Shown here in pieces: positions 58,892 to 64,000 of a stretch of DNA of 64,000 nucleotides. Below the pieces are notes generated by a model. That model saw nothing but the letters and a program-made list of their open reading frames with translations. It searched no databases and had not been told where the DNA came from. A program made the translations under genes and the position numbers. Numbering within the stretch: the stretch's first letter is position 1; every line of letters starts with the position of its first letter. The DNA is taken from contig CACMAH010000005.1 of assembly GCA_902611605.1 (NCBI GenBank), positions 29,156 to 93,155 on the forward strand, in the 5' to 3' direction. This DNA is from an uncultured Alphaproteobacteria bacterium (GTDB lineage: Bacteria > Pseudomonadota > Alphaproteobacteria > Rhodobacterales > Rhodobacteraceae).

Positions 58892-60379
58892 TTATTTTTT
58901 TAGTAAAGTAGATGTATTTTTATATAAATTTTTAAATAACTCAAACTGCTTAAGATATAAAGGATCTGGATATGATTTAACAACACAGTCCAAAGGATTC
59001 CAATTTATTATATCCTTTCTTAATACATCACCTATTGCAAGTGCTGCAAGAAATGCATTGCCGTAAGCTGCACCGACAGTAATTTTTTTGATTTCTTGAT
59101 TGAAACCAGAAATATTAGAAATTGTGCTTGACCAAATATTATTTTTCACACCTCCTCCAACTGCAAAAAGTTTTTTTGGTTTAAAACCAGATTCTGTAAA
59201 TGTTTCTAGAATATGATTTGCTCCATAACTAATCCCCTCAATTATAGATCTGTAAATATCTTCTCTTTTATGTGTCAAATTTAAACCAAAAATTATTCCA
59301 CATGCATCTGGATTTTGAATTGGTGTCCTTTCACCCGAAAAATATGGAAGTGTTATTAAATTTTTTGATCCAATTGGGCTTTTTTCCGCCATTCTTGACA
59401 ACTCACTAAAAGCATTTTCTGAGTTAAGATCTTTTGCAAATTCTTTTTTAAACCATTGTGTTATGGTTCCGCTTGTAGAAGTACCTGCCATTAAAGCAAA
59501 TTCATTTTTAAATAACCATGGAGCAGACCATAATGTTTCATTTGACTTATTACCATTTGTCAGACCAATAAAAAACATAGTAGATCCATACATAATCATA
59601 ATATCACCAGTATCCTTTACCCCTACACTTATAGCTTCTGCTGCTGCGTCTATTGTTCCAACAGTAACCGGCGTCCCTTGTTGCAAAGTAGTTTCTAATG
59701 AAGCTTGCTTTGTAATATATCCAGCAATCTCTGTTGACCACTTTAATTCAGGGAGTTTTGATATATCAACTATATCTTTTGAAAGTTCACTACTCCACTT
59801 AAGATTCAATTTATCATAAAGAGGCGTAAAGTTGGCAGCAGTATAATGATCTATAACACATTGATCTGTAAGTTTTTGAACTATAAAAGTTGTAGATGTT
59901 ACTATTTTTTCTGCTTTTTGATAAATATCAGGATGATGGGTCTTAAGCCAAAGAATTTTTGGCCCAATTGATTGAGAGGTTAAGGCATTTCCACCGAAAT
60001 TAAAAATTTTTTCATTACCTAATGTTTTATTCAAATAGTTAATCTCATTAGTCGCCCTTGTATCAACCCCATATAAGACACCCGAATATAATGGTTCTGT
60101 TTTATTATCAATTGGTAACATACATGGACCAATTGCACTAACTGCAACACATTTTATTTGCTCAGGAAAAATATCTTTTTTCTTTAAAAGTTGTTTTGTT
60201 ATCTTTACAAAATCTCCCCACCATACATCTTTAGGTGAGTGTTCGGCCCAACCAGGCTTTGGCACGATCATTTCATGCTTTATAGATGCTTGATTATAAA
60301 TATTTCCTTCATGGTCAACCAATACACCTTTTGTTTCATATGTTCCAATATCAACTCCAAGATATAATTTTTTAACCAT
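58892..60379 (-). CDS. FGGY-family carbohydrate kinase (xylulokinase-like)
   Basis: 495 aa with N-terminal YLGVDIGTYETKGVLVD (actin-fold phosphate-1), GTIDAAAEA and C-terminal VGGGVKNNIWSSTISNI. Confidence 0.85.
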   Translation of the reverse strand: MVKKLYLGVDIGTYETKGVLVDHEGNIYNQASIKHEMIVPKPGWAEHSPKDVWWGDFVKITKQLLKKKDIFPEQIKCVAVSAIGPCMLPIDNKTEPLYSGVLYGVDTRATNEINYLNKTLGNEKIFNFGGNALTSQSIGPKILWLKTHHPDIYQKAEKIVTSTTFIVQKLTDQCVIDHYTAANFTPLYDKLNLKWSSELSKDIVDISKLPELKWSTEIAGYITKQASLETTLQQGTPVTVGTIDAAAEAISVGVKDTGDIMIMYGSTMFFIGLTNGNKSNETLWSAPWLFKNEFALMAGTSTSGTITQWFKKEFAKDLNSENAFSELSRMAEKSPIGSKNLITLPYFSGERTPIQNPDACGIIFGLNLTHKREDIYRSIIEGISYGANHILETFTESGFKPKKLFAVGGGVKNNIWSSTISNISGFNQEIKKITVGAAYGNAFLAALAIGDVLRKDIINWNPLDCVVKSYPDPLYLKQFELFKNLYKNTSTLLKK

Positions 60380-60657
60380 TATATATCCCCTTAATAACTG
60401 TCATTAAATTCCTCCAAAGAAAATAAAAAATCACAAGTCATTCTTATAATTTTATAAAAAATTTTTAAAAAGATTAATAGCAATTTTAATAAAATCAAAA
60501 CCTATACGATTTAAAAAGTCCATGCTTAAATATTCATTTAATATTATTGAAAATATCTGCTATGTATTAGTTACCTAATTCTTTAAAAGAAAAAGATTAA
60601 GTTAAGTTATTGGATTGGGATATAAACAATTCAAGCAATTTTATTAATACTAATTAA

Positions 60658-61935
60658 ATGATACTTTCCTTGGGAATAGATATTGGTACTTCTGGAGTAA
60701 AAACAGCAACCTTAAATAGTGAAGGTGACGTTATTAGCAATTCTAGTATTAAACATGAGCTTCAAAATTTAGATAATATCAATCCATCTGTTTGGTGGAA
60801 AACAGTAAAAAAAGCAATTAAATTAAACATTATCGATCTTTACAGTAAAGGAATTAACTCTTCTAAAATAAAAAAAATAGCAGTGGACGGTACTTCTGGT
60901 ACAGTATTACTGGCAAATGAAAACTTACAGCCTGTAACCAGAGCTCTAATGTATAATGCAACAGGTTTTGTAAAAGAAGCAAAAATAATTGAAAAATATT
61001 CTCCTGAAAATCACATTGCAAAAGGTCAAAACTCAACTCTTTCAAGAGCCTTAAGATTAATAAAAGAAGATAAAAATAGAAATGCAAAATATTTGATGCA
61101 CCAGGCAGACTTTATAGTAGCCAATTTATTAAAAAAAGGTGGATTATCAGATGAAAACAATACTCTTAAATTAGGATATGATTTAAAAAAAAATGACTGG
61201 CCTGAATGGATCCATAGGACAGGTTTAAAAAAAAATTTATTGCCTAAAGTATACCCCATTGGAGCTCATCTTGGAAAATTAAATGAGGTCATTGCTAATG
61301 AACTTGGTTTGAATAAAAAAACAAATATTTATGCTGGAACTACTGATGGAAATGCAGGATTTTTAGCATCTTCAAAATTTAAAATAGGATCAGCAGTGAC
61401 TTCTTTAGGAAGTACTTTGACAGTAAAAGTACTATCGGAGATTCAAATTGAGGATTCTAATATAGGCCTTTATTCTCATAAATTAGGAAAGTATTGGCTA
61501 GTTGGTGGGGCATCTAATACAGGTGGAAATGTGCTTGAAAAATATTTCTCTAAAAATCAAATAACAAACCTGAGTAAAGAAATAAATCCAAATAACTCAA
61601 GTGGACTGGAATACTATCCTCTTGCAAATATTGGAGAACGTTTCCCAGAAAATAATCCAGAACGCAAACCTAAACTAATTCCTCGACCAAACGATGAAAC
61701 TCTATTTCTTCATGGTTTGTTAGAAGGTATGGCAAAAATAGAAAAAAAGTCTTATGAGGTTATTCATCAGCTTGGTGGGAGTTTTCCAGAACATATCATT
61801 ACAGTTGGGGGTGGTTCAAAAAATTTAGTATGGGAAAAAATTAGAATGAGGATAATTAAAACAAAAATTTCATCAGGAATAAATATAGAAGCTGCAGTTG
61901 GAGTTGCAAAAATTCCTTTTTTATTTGGAAATTAG
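60658..61935 (+). CDS. short FGGY-like carbohydrate kinase (ribulokinase/sedoheptulokinase-like subgroup)
   Basis: 425 aa with LGIDIGTSGVKTATL, GTTDGNAGFLAS and VGGGSKNLVWEKI. It is divergent from the other FGGY gene. Confidence 0.75.
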   Translation: MILSLGIDIGTSGVKTATLNSEGDVISNSSIKHELQNLDNINPSVWWKTVKKAIKLNIIDLYSKGINSSKIKKIAVDGTSGTVLLANENLQPVTRALMYNATGFVKEAKIIEKYSPENHIAKGQNSTLSRALRLIKEDKNRNAKYLMHQADFIVANLLKKGGLSDENNTLKLGYDLKKNDWPEWIHRTGLKKNLLPKVYPIGAHLGKLNEVIANELGLNKKTNIYAGTTDGNAGFLASSKFKIGSAVTSLGSTLTVKVLSEIQIEDSNIGLYSHKLGKYWLVGGASNTGGNVLEKYFSKNQITNLSKEINPNNSSGLEYYPLANIGERFPENNPERKPKLIPRPNDETLFLHGLLEGMAKIEKKSYEVIHQLGGSFPEHIITVGGGSKNLVWEKIRMRIIKTKISSGINIEAAVGVAKIPFLFGN

Positions 61936-62014
61936 AATTTGTAGCAACGATAGAATTTTTTTATGGTTTGTATTATTTAACTGACTAGTCTAGTTTATAT
62001 TCTAATTTTAATTA

Positions 62015-63121
62015 ATGACGAACAGTTTGATGGCCACTAGTAATAAATCCTTTGTAAAATTTGAAAATGTTCAAAAAAGCTATGATGGCGAAGTACTAGT
62101 CGTTAAAGACTTGAATCTAGAGATATCTAAAGGTGAATTCTTGACTATGCTGGGACCTTCTGGTTCTGGTAAAACCACATGCTTAATGATGTTAGCTGGT
62201 TTTGAAACTGCAACTCATGGAATAATATCATTAGATGGTAATCCTATTAATAATATACCTCCCCATAAAAGGGGTATTGGAATGGTTTTTCAAAATTATG
62301 CTCTGTTTCCTCATATGACAGTCTATGAAAATCTTTCTTTTCCACTGGAAGTAAGAAAATTAACTAAAACCGTAAGAGAAGAAAAAATCAAACGAGCTCT
62401 AGATATGGTTCAAATGAGAGAATTTGGGAACAGAAGACCAGCACAGCTATCTGGAGGGCAACAACAAAGAATAGCTTTAGCTAGATCTTTAGTTTTTGAA
62501 CCCGAGTTGGTTTTAATGGATGAACCCTTAGGTGCACTTGACAAACAGTTAAGAGAGCACATGCAATATGAAATAAAACATCTACATGAACGACTTGGTG
62601 TGACTGTAGTTTACGTTACACATGATCAGTCTGAAGCATTAACTATGTCAGATAGAGTAGCAGTATTCAATGATGGAGTTATTCAACAATTGGCATCACC
62701 ACCCAATTTATATGAAAAACCCGAAAATGCATTTGTGGCTCAATTCATTGGGGAAAATAATAAAATAATGGCTGAAGTAGTCGATGTAAAAGGTTCTGTG
62801 GTTACTGCAAAAACGTCTAAAGGTAATTTATTAAAAAGTAAAAAAGTGAATTGTGATAAAATTGGTTCAAAAACAACATTATCAATTAGACCTGAGCGTA
62901 TTAAGGTAGGTACTAAAGGAGAAAACACATCTGAAGCAAAAGTTCTTGAATTAATTTATATTGGGGATCATATAAGATGTAGAATGCTGGTAGAAGGTGA
63001 TGAAAATTTCATTGTTAAGATACCTAACTCAAAAAGTATTTCAAATTTAAAAATAGGACTTAAAACTAAAGTGAGCTGGTCTACTAGTGACTGTCGTGCA
63101 CTTGATAGATTGGTGCAATAA
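62015..63121 (+). CDS. ABC transporter ATP-binding protein (PotA/PotG-like)
   Basis: 368 aa with Walker A GPSGSGKTT, signature LSGGQQQRIALAR, Walker B LVLMDEPLGALD and a C-terminal TOBE-like regulatory domain. Confidence 0.88.
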   Translation: MTNSLMATSNKSFVKFENVQKSYDGEVLVVKDLNLEISKGEFLTMLGPSGSGKTTCLMMLAGFETATHGIISLDGNPINNIPPHKRGIGMVFQNYALFPHMTVYENLSFPLEVRKLTKTVREEKIKRALDMVQMREFGNRRPAQLSGGQQQRIALARSLVFEPELVLMDEPLGALDKQLREHMQYEIKHLHERLGVTVVYVTHDQSEALTMSDRVAVFNDGVIQQLASPPNLYEKPENAFVAQFIGENNKIMAEVVDVKGSVVTAKTSKGNLLKSKKVNCDKIGSKTTLSIRPERIKVGTKGENTSEAKVLELIYIGDHIRCRMLVEGDENFIVKIPNSKSISNLKIGLKTKVSWSTSDCRALDRLVQ

Positions 63122-63183
63122 TATATTATCTGTTTTAGTTCGTTTTATTATTTTAACGAATCGTTAATTAATGGGAGATAAAA

Positions 63184-64000
63184 ATGAAATTATTTAAATT
63201 TACATTTGCTTTTATAAGTGCATTGATTGTTGCTTTTAGTGCAAATGCAGACTCAATAACTGTAGTGTCTTGGGGAGGTGCATATACTAAGTCCCAAGTT
63301 GAAGCTTATCATAAACCATGGTCACAAAAGACTGGGCACCAGGTTGTATCAGAAGATTATAGCGGTGGTTTAGCTGAAGTAAAAGCACAAGTTGAATCAG
63401 GTAATGTTACTTGGGATGTTGTAGATGTAGAGCTGTCTGATGCACTTCAAGGTTGTGATGAAGGGATATTAGAAGAAATTGACCATTCAACATTACCAGC
63501 TGCTCCAGATGGTTCACCAGCAACGCAAGACTTTCTACCAGGTGCTTTACAAGACTGTGCAGTAGGAAACATTGTTTGGTCAACATTATATGCTTACGAC
63601 AAGACTAAATTTGATACACCTCCAACAACTATGGCTGACTTTTTTGATATTGAAAAATTTCCAGGCAAGCGAGGTATGAGAAAATTAGGAAAAGCAATGT
63701 TAGAAATGGCTCTAATGGGAGATGGAGTTCCTGCTGCTGAAGTGTATGACTTATTAGGTACAGAGGAAGGTGTTAAAAGAGCCTTTGCTAAACTTGATAC
63801 CATAAAAGATCATGTTGTTTGGTGGGAAGCAGGTGCACAACCACCCCAACTTCTTGCAGATGGTGAAGTTAGTATGACCATTACTTGGAATGGTAGAATT
63901 TTCAACGCTATAGCTCAAGAAAAACAACCTTTTGGATTGGTATGGGACGGCCAAATATATGACCTTGACCTTTTTGTAATTCCAAAAGGAAGTAAGAATA
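63184..64000 (+). CDS. ABC transporter periplasmic substrate-binding protein (PotD/PotF-like), 3' end off window
   Basis: Absent from the track because there is no stop in the window. My translation from ATG 63184 gives MKLFKFTFAFISALIVAFSANADSITVVSWGGAYTKSQVEAYHKPW...FDIEKFPGKRGMRK...WWEAGAQPPQLLADGEVSMT. This shows a signal peptide plus family-1 solute-binding hallmarks. Confidence 0.8.
   Translation, partial: MKLFKFTFAFISALIVAFSANADSITVVSWGGAYTKSQVEAYHKPWSQKTGHQVVSEDYSGGLAEVKAQVESGNVTWDVVDVELSDALQGCDEGILEEIDHSTLPAAPDGSPATQDFLPGALQDCAVGNIVWSTLYAYDKTKFDTPPTTMADFFDIEKFPGKRGMRKLGKAMLEMALMGDGVPAAEVYDLLGTEEGVKRAFAKLDTIKDHVVWWEAGAQPPQLLADGEVSMTITWNGRIFNAIAQEKQPFGLVWDGQIYDLDLFVIPKGSKN

Overview
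The window is visibly AT-rich and gene-dense with short intergenic spacers. Its gene content is alphaproteobacterial: irr divergent from fabA-fabB-fabI, rsmI divergent from an LpoA-like gene, glnD-murJ-trpS, and sdhCDAB / mdh-sucCDAB-lpdA. Composition and streamlining look SAR11/Pelagibacterales-like; that taxon call is inference and no search was run.

Positions 1 to about 50.2 kb are ordinary core genome. They hold fatty-acid synthesis, acs, an aminotransferase, sseA, smc, slt, dapA, smpB, gshB, rsmI, glnD, murJ, trpS, Nfu, tsaB and rimI. They also hold a BMP-type nucleoside ABC importer translationally coupled to a purine nucleoside phosphorylase, a TauE/TIGR02186 pair, and the full succinate dehydrogenase / malate dehydrogenase / succinyl-CoA synthetase / 2-oxoglutarate dehydrogenase cluster followed by a GntR/FCD regulator.

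The accessory part starts at a tRNA-Ala(GGC) gene (50235-50310). The last 16 nt of that tRNA recur as a direct repeat at 57721-57736, delimiting a ~7.4 kb island with no integrase. The island carries:
- a frameshifted ORF remnant;
- a secreted DUF1800 protein of unusual architecture plus its Tat-signal DUF1501 partner;
- a truncated Sel1-repeat fragment;
- a large FG-GAP/VCBP-type repeat protein with duplicated peptidoglycan-binding-like modules;
- two atypically G/C-rich non-coding blocks full of GGGGAT-type short repeats.

Beyond the island lie an SDR epimerase-family gene, two divergent FGGY carbohydrate kinases and a PotA/PotD-type ABC importer that runs off the window.

The best regulatory lead is a perfect TTGTGATCACAA palindrome. 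It occurs directly upstream of the GntR gene and twice in the mdh-sucC spacer. No CRISPR array, rRNA, transposase, integrase or recognisable defence or toxin-antitoxin genes were seen.
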